Below are positions 51,801 to 64,000 of a stretch of 64,000 bases of DNA, piece by piece (position 1 is the stretch's first letter; each line of letters opens with the position of its first letter). The notes below the pieces were generated by a model. It did no database searches. It worked only from the letters and a program-made list of their open reading frames with translations, and was not told the DNA's origin. Position numbers and translations under genes: made by a program. Origin of the DNA: Auanema rhodensis (lineage: Eukaryota > Animalia > Nematoda); NCBI GenBank assembly GCA_964057225.1, contig OZ059895.1:19778001-19842000 (forward strand). Reading direction: 5' to 3'.

Positions 51801-54800
51801 GAAGAATTAATTTTTTCGTTGAATAACATTGTCCATCGTCTTTGCCTTGAAAGAAAGAATCTGAAAACATCTACTTTTTGCTAAATTATTTTGAAATTTT
51901 TCGAAAAAATTTTTGTCAAAATGTTTTTGGAAGCAATGTTGAGTGTACATGGAAACTCAACATACACTAATGCATCATTTTTCAAACGATCATAACTAAT
52001 TTTTGTATTGATCGTTTCTCAATGTAGTATAGTGCATTCGATGCGGATTTTTAAGCTGCGTCGATCTGTGTTATCAGATTTGCGCTAGCTTAAAAATGCA
52101 CCGAGATATCAACTGATATAAGTTCACACTTATATCCTCGATTTTCACCCTGAAGAATTAATTTTTTCGTTGAATAACAATGTCCATCGTCTTTGCCTTG
52201 AAAAAAGGAATCTAAAAACATCTACTTTTTGCTAAATTATTTTGAAATTTTTCGAAAAAATTTTTGTCAAAATGTTTTTGGAAGCAATGTTGAGTGTACA
52301 TGGAAACTCAACATACACTAATGCATCATTTTTCAAACGATCATAACTAATTTCTGTATTGAGCGTTTCTCAATGTAGTATAGTGCATTCGATGCGGATT
52401 TTTAAGCTGCGTCGATCTGTGTTATCAGATTTGCGCTAGCTTAAAAATGCACCGAGATATCAACTGAAATAAGTTCACACTTAGATCCTCGATTTTCACC
52501 CTGAAGAATTAATTTTTTCGTTGAATAACAATGTCCATCGTCTTTGCCTTGAAAAAAGGAATCTAAAAACATCTACTTTTTGCTAAATTATTTTGAAATT
52601 TTTCGAAAAAATTTTTGTCAAAATGTTTTTGGAAGCAATGTTGAGTGTACATGGAAACTCAACATACACTAATGCATCATTTTTCAAACGATCATAACTA
52701 ATTTCTGTATTGAGCGTTTCTCAATGTAGTATAGTGCATTCGATGCGGATTTTTAAGCTGCGTCGATCTGTGTTATCAGATTTGCGCTAGCTTAAAAATG
52801 CACCGAGATATCAACTGATATAAGTTCACACTTAGATCCTCGATTTTCACCCTGAAGAATTAATTTTTTCGTTGAATAACAATGTCCATCGTCTTTGCCT
52901 TGAAAAAAGGAATCTAAAAACATCTACTTTTTGCTAAATTATTTTGAAATTTTTCGAAAAAATTTTTGTCAAAATGTTTTTGGAAGCAATGTTGAGTGTA
53001 CATGGAAACTCAACATACACTAATGCATCATTTTTCAAACGATCATAACTAATTTCTGTATTGAGCGTTTCGCAATGTAGTATAGTGCATTCGATGCGGA
53101 TTTTTAAGCTGCGTCGATCTGTGTTTTCAGATTTGCGCTAGCTTAAAAATGCACCGAGATATCAACTGATATAAGTTCACACTTACATCCTCGATTTTCA
53201 CCCTGAAGAATTAATTTTTTCGTTGAATAACATTGTCCATCGTTTTTGCCTTGAAAGAAAGAATCTGAAAACATCTACTTTTTGCTAAATTATTTTGAAA
53301 TTTTTCGAAAAAATTTTTGTCAAAATGTTTTTGGAAGCAATGTTGAGTGTACATGGAAACTCAACATACACTAATGCATCATTTTTCAAACGATCATAAC
53401 TAATTTTTGTATTGAACGTTTCTCAATGTAGTATAGTGCATTCGATGCGGATTTTTAAGCTGCGTCGATCTGTGTTATCAGATTTGCGCTAGCTTAAAAA
53501 TGCACCGAGATATCAACTGAAATAAGTTCACACTTAGATCCTCGATTTTCACCCTGAAGAATTAATTTTTTCGTTGAATAACAATGTCCATCGTCTTTGC
53601 CTTGAAAAAAGGAATCTAAAAACATCTACTTTTTGCTAAATTATTTTGAAATTTTTCGAAAAAATTTTTGTCAAAATGTTTTTGGAAGCAATGTTGAGTG
53701 TACATGGAAACTCAACATACACTAATGCATCATTTTTCAAACGATCATAACTAATTTCTGTATTGAGCGTTTCGCAATGTAGTATAGTGCATTCGATGCG
53801 GATTTTTAAGCTGCGTCGATCTGTGTTATCAGATTTGCGCTAGCTTAAAAATGCACCGAGATATCAACTGAAATAAGTTCACACTTAGATCCTCGATTTT
53901 CACCCTGAAGAATTAATTTTTTCGTTGAATAACATTGTCCATCGTCTTTGCCTTGAAAGAAAGAATCTGAAAACATCTACTTTTTGCTAAATTATTTTGA
54001 AATTTTTCGAAAAAATTTTTGTCAAAATGTTTTTGGAAGCAATGTTGAGTGTACATGGAAACTCAACATACACTAATGCATCATTTTTCAAACGATCATA
54101 ACTAATTTTTGTATTGATCGTTTCTCAATGTAGTATAGTGCATTCGATGCGGATTTTTAAGCTGCGTCGATCTGTGTTATCAGATTTGCACTAGCTTAAA
54201 AATGCACCGAGATATCAACTGAAATAAGTTCACACTTAGATCCTCGATTTTCACCCTGAAGAATTAATTTTTTCGTTGAATAACATTGTCTATCGTCTTT
54301 GCCTTGAAAGAAAGATACTGAAAACATCTACTTTTTGCTAAATTATTTTGAAATTTTTCGAAAAAATTTTTGTCAAAATGTTTTTGGAAGCAATGTTGAG
54401 TGTACATGGAAACTCAACATACACTAATGCATCATTTTTCAAACGATCATAACTAATTTCTGTATTGAGCGTTTCGCAATGTAGTATAGTGCATTCGATG
54501 CGGATTTTTAAGCTGCGTCGATCTGTGTTTTCAGATTTGCGCTAGCTTAAAAATGCACCGAGATATCAACTGATATAAGTTCACACTTACATCCTCGATT
54601 TTCACCCTGAAGAATTAATTTTTTCGTTGAATAACATTGTCCATCGTTTTTGCCTTGAAAGAAAGAATCTGAAAACATCTACTTTTTGCTAAATTATTTT
54701 GAAATTTTTCGAAAAAATTTTTGTCAAAATGTTTTTGGAAGCAATGTTGAGTGTACATGGAAACTCAACATACACTAATGCATCATTTTTCAAACGATCA

Positions 54801-57800
54801 TAACTAATTTCTGTATTGAGCGTTTCTCAATGTAGTATAGTGCATTCGATGCGGATTTTTAAGCTGCGTCGATCTGTGTTATCAGATTTGCGCTAGCTTA
54901 AAAATGCACCGAGATATCAACTGAAATAAGTTCACACTTAGATCCTCGATTTTCACCCTGAAGAATTAATTTTTTCGTTGAATAACAATGTCCATCGTCT
55001 TTGCCTTGAAAAAAGGAATCTAAAAACATCTACTTTTTGCTAAATTATTTTGAAATTTTTCGAAAAAATTTTTGTCAAAATGTTTTTGGAAGCAATGTTG
55101 AGTGTACATGGAAACTCAACATACACTAATGCATCATTTTTCAAACGATCATAACTAATTTCTGTATTGAGCGTTTCGCAATGTAGTATAGTGCATTCGA
55201 TGCGGATTTTTAAGCTGCGTCGATCTGTGTTATCAGATTTGCGCTAGCTTAAAAATGCACCGAGATATCAACTGATATAAGTTCACACTTAGATCCTCGA
55301 TTTTCACCCTGAAGAATTAATTTTTTCGTTGAATAACAATGTCCATCGTCTTTGCCTTGAAAAAAGGAATCTAAAAACATCTACTTTTTGCTAAATTATT
55401 TTGAAATTTTTCGAAAAAATTTTTGTCAAAATGTTTTTGGAAGCAATGTTGAGTGTACATGGAAACTCAACATACACTAATGCATCATTTTTCAAACGAT
55501 CATAACTAATTTCTGTATTGAGCGTTTCGCAATGTAGTATAGTGCATTCGATGCGGATTTTTAAGCTGCGTCGATCTGTGTTTTCAGATTTGCGCTAGCT
55601 TAAAAATGCACCGAGATATCAACTGATATAAGTTCACACTTACATCCTCGATTTTCACCCTGAAGAACTAATTTTTTCGTTGAATAACATTGTCCATCGT
55701 TTTTGCCTTGAAAGAAAGAATCTGAAAACATCTACTTTCTGCTAAATTATTTTGAAATTTTTCGAAAAAATTTTTGTCAAAATGTTTTTGGAAGCAATGC
55801 TGAGTGTACATGGAAACTCAACATACACTAATGCATCATTTTTCAAACGATCATAACTAATTTTTGTATTGAGCGTTTCTCAATGTAGTATAGTGCATTC
55901 GATGCGGATTTTTAAGCTGCGTCGATCTGTGTTATCAGATTTGCGCTAGCTTAAAAATGCACCGAGATATCAACTGAAATAAGTTCACACTTAGATCCTC
56001 GATTTTCACCCTGAAGAATTAATTTTTTCGTTGAATAACAATGTCCATCGTCTTTGCCTTGAAAAAAGGAATCTAAAAACATCTACTTTTTGCTAAATTA
56101 TTTTGAAATTTTTCGAAAAAATTTTTGTCAAAATGTTTTTGGAAGCAATGTTGAGTGTACATGGAAACTCAACATACACTAATGCATCATTTTTCAAACG
56201 ATCATAACTAATTTCTGTATTGAGCGTTTTTCAATGTAGTATAGTGCATTCGATGCGGATTTTTAAGCTGCGTCGATCTGTGTTTTCAGATTTACGCTAG
56301 CTTAAAAATGCACCGAGATATCAACTGAAATAAGTTCACACTTAGATCCTCGATTTTCACCCTGAAGAATTAATTTTTTCGTTGAATAACATTGTCCATC
56401 GTTTTTGCCTTGAAAGAAAGAATCTGAAAACATCTACTTTTTGCTAAATTATTTTGAAATTTTTCGAAAAAATTTTTGTCAAAATGTTTTTGGAAGCAAT
56501 GTTGAGTGTACATGGAAACTCAACATACACTAATGCATCATTTTTCAAACGATCATAACTAATTTTTGTATTGAACGTTTCTCAATGTAGTATAGTGCAT
56601 TCGATGCGGATTTTTAAGCTGCGTCGATCTGTGTTATCAGATTTGCGCTAGCTTAAAAATGCACCGAGATATCAACTGAAATAAGTTCACACTTAGATCC
56701 TCGATTTTCACCCTGAAGAATTAATTTTTTCGTTGAATAACAATGTCCATCGTCTTTGCCTTAAAAAAAGGAATCTAAAAACATCTACTTTTTGCTAAAT
56801 TATTTTGAAATTTTTCGAAAAAATTTTTGTCAAAATGTTTTTGGAAGCAATGTTGAGTGTACATGGAAACTCAACATACACTAATGCATCATTTTTCAAA
56901 CGATCATAACTAATTTCTGTATTGAGCGTTTCGCAATGTAGTATAGTGCATTCGATGCGGATTTTTAAGCTGCGTCGATCTGTGTTATCAGATTTACGCT
57001 AGCTTAAAAATGCACCGAGATATCAACTGATATAAGTTCACACTTAGATCCTCGATTTTCACCCTGAAGAATTAATTTTTTCGTTGAATAACATTGTCCA
57101 TCGTTTTTGCCTTGAAAGAAAGAATCTGAAAATATCTACTTTTTGCTAAATTATTTTGAAATTTTTCGAAAAAATTTTTGTCAAAATGTTTTTGGAAGCA
57201 ATGTTGAGTGTACATGGAAACTCAACATACACTAATGCATCATTTTTCAAACGATCATAACTAATTTCTGTATTGAGCGTTTCTCAATGTAGTATAGTGC
57301 ATTCGATGCGGATTTTTAAGCTGCGTCGATCTGTGTTTTCAGATTTACGCTAGCTTAAAAATGCACCGAGATATCAACTGAAATAAGTTCACACTTAGAT
57401 CCTCGATTTTCACCCTGAAGAATTAATTTTTTCGTTGAATAACATTGTCCATCGTTTTTGCCTTGAAAGAAAGAATCTGAAAACATCTACTTTTTGCTAA
57501 ATTATTTTGAAATTTTTCGAAAAAATTTTTGTCAAAATGTTTTTGGAAGCAATGTTGAGTGTACATGGAAACTCAACATACACTAATGCATCATTTTTCA
57601 AACGATCATAACTAATTTTTGTATTGAACGTTTCTCAATGTAGTATAGTGCATTCGATGCGGATTTTTAAGCTGCGTCGATCTGTGTTATCAGATTTGCG
57701 CTAGCTTAAAAATGCACCGAGATATCAACTGATATAAGTTCACACTTACATCCTCGATTTTCACCCTGAAGAATTAATTTTTTCGTTGAATAACATTGTC

Positions 57801-60800
57801 CATCGTTTTTGCCTTGAAAGAAAGAATCTGAAAACATCTACTTTCTGCTAAATTATTTTGAAATTTTTCGAAAAAATTTTTGTCAAAATGTTTTTGGAAG
57901 CAATGTTGAGTGTACATGGAAACTCAACATACACTAATGCATCATTTTTCAAACGATCATAACTAATTTTTGTATTGAGCGTTTCTCAATGTAGTATAGT
58001 GCATTCGATGCGGATTTTTAAGCTGCGTCGATCTGTGTTATCAGATTTGCGCTAGCTTAAAAATGCACCGAGATATCAACTGATATAAGTTCACACTTAG
58101 ATCCTCGATTTTCACCCTGAAGAATTAATTTTTTCGTTGAATAACAATGTCCATCGTCTTTGCCTTGAAAAAAGGAATCTAAAAACATCTACTTTTTGCT
58201 AAATTATTTTGAAATTTTTCGAAAAAATTTTTGTCAAAATGTTTTTGGAAGCAATGTTGAGTGTACATGGAAACTCAACATACACTAATGCATCATTTTT
58301 CAAACGATCATAACTAATTTCTGTATTGAGCGTTTCGCAATGTAGTATAGTGCATTCGATGCGGATTTTTAAGCTGCGTCGATCTGTGTTTTCAGATTTG
58401 CGCTAGCTTAAAAATGCACCGAGATATCAACTGATATAAGTTCACACTTACATCCTCGATTTTCACCCTGAAGAATTAATTTTTTCGTTGAATAACATTG
58501 TCCATCGTTTTTGCCTTGAAAGAAAGAATCTGAAAACATCTACTTTCTGCTAAATTATTTTGAAATTTTTCGAAAAAATTTTTGTCAAAATGTTTTTGGA
58601 AGCAATGTTGAGTGTACATGGAAACTCAACATACACTAATGCATCATTTTTCAAACGATCATAACTAATTTTTGTATTGAGCGTTTCTCAATGTAGTATA
58701 GTGCATTCGATGCGGATTTTTAAGCTGCGTCGATCTGTGTTTTCAGATTTACGCTAGCTTAAAAATGCACCGAGATATCAACTGATATAAGTTCACACTT
58801 ACATCCTCGATTTTCACCCTGAAGAATTAATTTTTTCGTTGAATAACATTGTCCATCGTTTTTGCCTTGAAAGAAAGAATCTGAAAACATCTACTTTTTG
58901 CTAAATTATTTTGAAATTTTTCGAAAAAATTTTTGTCAAAATGTTTTTGGAAGCAATGTTGAGTGTACATGGAAACTCAACATACACTAATGCATCATTT
59001 TTCAAACGATCATAACTAATTTTTGTATTGAGCGTTTCTCAATGTAGTATAGTGCATTCGATGCGGATTTTTAAGCTGCGTCGATCTGTGTTATCAGATT
59101 TGCGCTAGCTTAAAAATGCACCGAGATATCAACTGATATAAGTTCACACTTAGATCCTCGATTTTCACCCTGAAGAATTAATTTTTTCGTTGAATAACAA
59201 TGTCCATCGTCTTTGCCTTGAAAAAAGGAATCTAAAAACATCTACTTTTTGCTAAATTATTTTGAAATTTTTCGAAAAAATTTTTGTCAAAATGTTTTTG
59301 GAAGCAATGTTGAGTGTACATGGAAACTCAACATACACTAATGCATCATTTTTCAAACGATCATAACTAATTTCTGTATTGAGCGTTTCGCAATGTAGTA
59401 TAGTGCATTCGATGCGGATTTTTAAGCTGCGTCGATCTGTGTTTTCAGATTTGCGCTAGCTTAAAAATGCACCGAGATATCAACTGATATAAGTTCACAC
59501 TTACATCCTCGATTTTCACCCTGAAGAATTAATTTTTTCGTTGAATAACATTGTCCATCGTTTTTGCCTTGAAAGAAAGAATCTGAAAACATCTACTTTC
59601 TGCTAAATTATTTTGAAATTTTTCGAAAAAATTTTTGTCAAAATGTTTTTGGAAGCAATGTTGAGTGTACATGGAAACTCAACATACACTAATGCATCAT
59701 TTTTCAAACGATCATAACTAATTTTTGTATTGAGCGTTTCGCAATGTAGTATAGTGCATTCGATGCGGATTTTTAAGCTGCGTCGATCTGTGTTTTCAGA
59801 TTTGCGCTAGCTTAAAAATGCACCGAGATATCAACTGATATAAGTTCACACTTACATCCTCGATTTTCACCCTGAAGAATTAATTTTTTCGTTGAATAAC
59901 ATTGTCCATCGTTTTTGCCTTGAAAGAAAGAATCTGAAAACATCTACTTTCTGCTAAATTATTTTGAAATTTTTCGAAAAAATTTTTGTCAAAATGTTTT
60001 TGGAAGCAATGTTGAGTGTACATGGAAACTCAACATACACTAATGCATCATTTTTCAAACGATCATAACTAATTTTTGTATTGAGCGTTTCTCAATGTAG
60101 TATAGTGCATTCGATGCGGATTTTTAAGCTGCGTCGATCTGTGTTATCAGATTTGCGCTAGCTTAAAAATGCACCGAGATATCAACTGATATAAGTTCAC
60201 ACTTAGATCCTCGATTTTCACCCTGAAGAATTAATTTTTTCGTTGAATAACAATGTCCATCGTCTTTGCCTTGAAAAAAGGAATCTAAAAACATCTACTT
60301 TTTGCTAAATTATTTTGAAATTTTTCGAAAAAATTTTTGTCAAAATGTTTTTGGAAGCAATGTTGAGTGTACATGGAAACTCAACATACACTAATGCATC
60401 ATTTTTCAAACGATCATAACTAATTTTTGTATTGAGCGTTTCTCAATGTAGTATAGTGCATTCGATGCGGATTTTTAAGCTGCGTCGATCTGTGTTTTCA
60501 GATTTACGCTAGCTTAAAAATGCACCGAGATATCAACTGATATAAGTTCACACTTACATCCTCGATTTTCACCCTGAAGAATTAATTTTTTCGTTGAATA
60601 ACATTGTCCATCGTTTTTGCCTTGAAAGAAAGAATCTGAAAACATCTACTTTTTGCTAAATTATTTTGAAATTTTTCGAAAAAATTTTTGTCAAAATGTT
60701 TTTGGAAGCAATGTTGAGTGTACATGGAAACTCAACATACACTAATGCATCATTTTTCAAACGATCATAACTAATTTTTGTATTGAGCGTTTCTCAATGT

Positions 60801-63800
60801 AGTATAGTGCATTCGATGCGGATTTTTAAGCTGCGTCGATCTGTGTTATCAGATTTGCGCTAGCTTAAAAATGCACCGAGATATCAACTGATATAAGTTC
60901 ACACTTAGATCCTCGATTTTCACCCTGAAGAATTAATTTTTTCGTTGAATAACAATGTCCATCGTCTTTGCCTTGAAAAAAGGAATCTAAAAACATCTAC
61001 TTTTTGCTAAATTATTTTGAAATTTTTCGAAAAAATTTTTGTCAAAATGTTTTTGGAAGCAATGTTGAGTGTACATGGAAACTCAACATACACTAATGCA
61101 TCATTTTTCAAACGATCATAACTAATTTCTGTATTGAGCGTTTCGCAATGTAGTATAGTGCATTCGATGCGGATTTTTAAGCTGCGTCGATCTGTGTTTT
61201 CAGATTTGCGCTAGCTTAAAAATGCACCGAGATATCAACTGATATAAGTTCACACTTACATCCTCGATTTTCACCCTGAAGAATTAATTTTTTCGTTGAA
61301 TAACATTGTCCATCGTTTTTGCCTTGAAAGAAAGAATCTGAAAACATCTACTTTCTGCTAAATTATTTTGAAATTTTTCGAAAAAATTTTTGTCAAAATG
61401 TTTTTGGAAGCAATGTTGAGTGTACATGGAAACTCAACATACACTAATGCATCATTTTTCAAACGATCATAACTAATTTTTGTATTGAGCGTTTCGCAAT
61501 GTAGTATAGTGCATTCGATGCGGATTTTTAAGCTGCGTCGATCTGTGTTTTCAGATTTGCGCTAGCTTAAAAATGCACCGAGATATCAACTGATATAAGT
61601 TCACACTTACATCCTCGATTTTCACCCTGAAGAATTAATTTTTTCGTTGAATAACATTGTCCATCGTTTTTGCCTTGAAAGAAAGAATCTGAAAACATCT
61701 ACTTTCTGCTAAATTATTTTGAAATTTTTCGAAAAAATTTTTGTCAAAATGTTTTTGGAAGCAATGTTGAGTGTACATGGAAACTCAACATACACTAATG
61801 CATCATTTTTCAAACGATCATAACTAATTTTTGTATTGAGCGTTTCTCAATGTAGTATAGTGCATTCGATGCGGATTTTTAAGCTGCGTCGATCTGTGTT
61901 TTCAGATTTGCGCTAGCTTAAAAATGCACCGAGATATCAACTGATATAAGTTCACACTTACATCCTCGATTTTCACCCTGAAGAATTAATTTTTTCGTTG
62001 AATAACATTGTCCATCGTTTTTGCCTTGAAAGAAAGAATCTGAAAACATCTACTTTCTGCTAAATTATTTTGAAATTTTTCGAAAAAATTTTTGTCAAAA
62101 TGTTTTTGGAAGCAATGTTGAGTGTACATGGAAACTCAACATACACTAATGCATCATTTTTCAAACGATCATAACTAATTTTTGTATTGAGCGTTTCGCA
62201 ATGTAGTATAGTGCATTCGATGCGGATTTTTAAGCTGCGTCGATCTGTGTTTTCAGATTTGCGCTAGCTTAAAAATGCACCGAGATATCAACTGATATAA
62301 GTTCACACTTACATCCTCGATTTTCACCCTGAAGAATTAATTTTTTCGTTGAATAATATTGTCCATCGTTTTTGCCTTGAAAGAAAGAATCTGAAAACAT
62401 CTACTTTCTGCTAAATTATTTTGAAATTTTTCGAAAAAATTTTTGTCAAAATGTTTTTGGAAGCAATGTTGAGTGTACATGGAAACTCAACATACACTAA
62501 TGCATCATTTTTCAAACGATCATAACTAATTTTTGTATTGAGCGTTTCTCAATGTAGTATAGTGCATTCGATGCGGATTTTTAAGCTGCGTCGATCTGTG
62601 TTATCAGATTTGCGCTAGCTTAAAAATGCACCGAGATATCAACTGATATAAGTTCACACTTACATCCTCGATTTTCACCCTGAAGAATTAATTTTTTCGT
62701 TGAATAACATTGTCCATCGTTTTTGCCTTGAAAGAAAGAATCTGAAAACATCTACTTTCTGCTAAATTATTTTGAAATTTTTCGAAAAAATTTTTGTCAA
62801 AATGTTTTTGGAAGCAATGTTGAGTGTACATGGAAACTCAACATACACTAATGCATCATTTTTCAAACGATCATAACTAATTTTTGTATTGAGCGTTTCT
62901 CAATGTAGTATAGTGCATTCGATGCGGATTTTTAAGCTGCGTCGATCTGTGTTATCAGATTTGCGCTAGCTTAAAAATGCACCGAGATATCAACTGATAT
63001 AAGTTCACACTTAGATCCTCGATTTTCACCCTGAAGAATTAATTTTTTCGTTGAATAACAATGTCCATCGTCTTTGCCTTGAAAAAAGGAATCTAAAAAC
63101 ATCTATTTTTTGCTAAATTATTTTGAAATTTTTCGAAAAAATTTTTGTCAAAATGTTTTTGGAAGCAATGTTGAGTGTACATGGAAACTCAACATACACT
63201 AATGCATCATTTTTCAAACGATCATAACTAATTTCTGTATTGAGCGTTTCGCAATGTAGTATAGTGCATTCGATGCGGATTTTTAAGCTGCGTCGATCTG
63301 TGTTTTCAGATTTGCGCTAGCTTAAAAATGCACCGAGATATCAACTGATATAAGTTCACACTTACATCCTCGATTTTCACCCTGAAGAATTAATTTTTTC
63401 GTTGAATAACATTGTCCATCGTTTTTGCCTTGAAAGAAAGAATCTGAAAACATCTACTTTCTGCTAAATTATTTTGAAATTTTTCGAAAAAATTTTTGTC
63501 AAAATGTTTTTGGAAGCAATGTTGAGTGTACATGGAAACTCAACATACACTAATGCATCATTTTTCAAACGATCATAACTAATTTTTGTATTGAGCGTTT
63601 CGCAATGTAGTATAGTGCATTCGATGCGGATTTTTAAGCTGCGTCGATCTGTGTTTTCAGATTTGCGCTAGCTTAAAAATGCACCGAGATATCAACTGAT
63701 ATAAGTTCACACTTACATCCTCGATTTTCACCCTGAAGAATTAATTTTTTCGTTGAATAACATTGTCCATCGTTTTTGCCTTGAAAGAAAGAATCTGAAA

Positions 63801-64000
63801 ACATCTACTTTCTGCTAAATTATTTTGAAATTTTTCGAAAAAATTTTTGTCAAAATGTTTTTGGAAGCAATGTTGAGTGTACATGGAAACTCAACATACA
63901 CTAATGCATCATTTTTCAAACGATCATAACTAATTTTTGTATTGAGCGTTTCTCAATGTAGTATAGTGCATTCGATGCGGATTTTTAAGCTGCGTCGATC
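36856..64000. repeat. Right-hand monomer family (63G; 186C/G), with two interleaved classes from 41418
   Basis: TATTGAGC replaces TATTAAGC from 36918 on, with few exceptions. CTTACATC or CTTAGATC replaces CTTATATC. Class X (TTGAAAGAAAGAATCTG, CATTGT) interleaves with class Y (TTGAAAAAAGGAATCTA, CAATGT). Confidence 0.9.
43523..48437. repeat. Tandem duplication of a 7-monomer block (~2458 bp)
   Basis: Monomers 125-131 match 132-138 in variant order. The GAACG + GCACTAG + CTGAAAT monomer occurs at 45629 and 48087. Confidence 0.8.

Larger units (their letters stand above)
1..64000. repeat. Tandem satellite DNA array, 351-bp monomer, ~182.3 head-to-tail copies
   Basis: CATGGAAACTCAACATACAC recurs at 1, 352, 703 ... 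7021, 14041, 21061, 28081, 35101 (exact multiples of 351). It then recurs at 42120, 49140, 56160, 63180 (net 1-bp shift). Copies differ almost only by substitutions and there is no unique sequence. Confidence 0.99.

Noticed and set aside
1-64000. CRISPR array or repeat-plus-variable-cassette system
   Set aside because: There are no unique spacers; variable segments differ by only a few substitutions; no associated cas, reverse transcriptase or recombinase genes are present.
1-64000. Embedded transposon, inversion or telomeric repeat
   Set aside because: The 351-bp register is maintained end to end within 2 bp and in a single orientation, leaving no room for insertions.

Overview
The whole 64-kb window is one uninterrupted head-to-tail tandem array (satellite DNA) of a 351-bp, AT-rich monomer (about 32% GC by hand count). 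It holds 182 full copies plus a 119-bp partial copy, all in one orientation. I see no genes, RNA genes, transposon insertions, inversions or CRISPR spacers, and the ORF-track hits are by-products of the repeat. The information lies in the pattern of variants between copies, which divides the array into domains: (1) 1-10530, an irregular 6/7-mer higher-order repeat (HOR); (2) 10531-15093, a collapse to a 4-mer and then a 3-mer; (3) 15094-17550, a transition zone; (4) 17551-33696, a near-identical core containing three copies of a 12-mer (4212 bp) HOR; (5) 33697-36855, a short diverged sub-family; (6) 36856-64000, a right-hand family that from 41418 interleaves two monomer classes, with local 2-mer and 7-mer duplications. 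The monomer is rich in dyad symmetries, contains a nearly invariant ~60-bp block around a 9-bp inverted repeat, and shows no CpG depletion. This fits a (peri)centromeric or heterochromatic satellite of a eukaryote, probably an invertebrate, but I cannot name the family or the species. I found no new protein-coding system. All variant calls were made by eye. 'Monomer pos' means position counted from the CATGG at window position 1.
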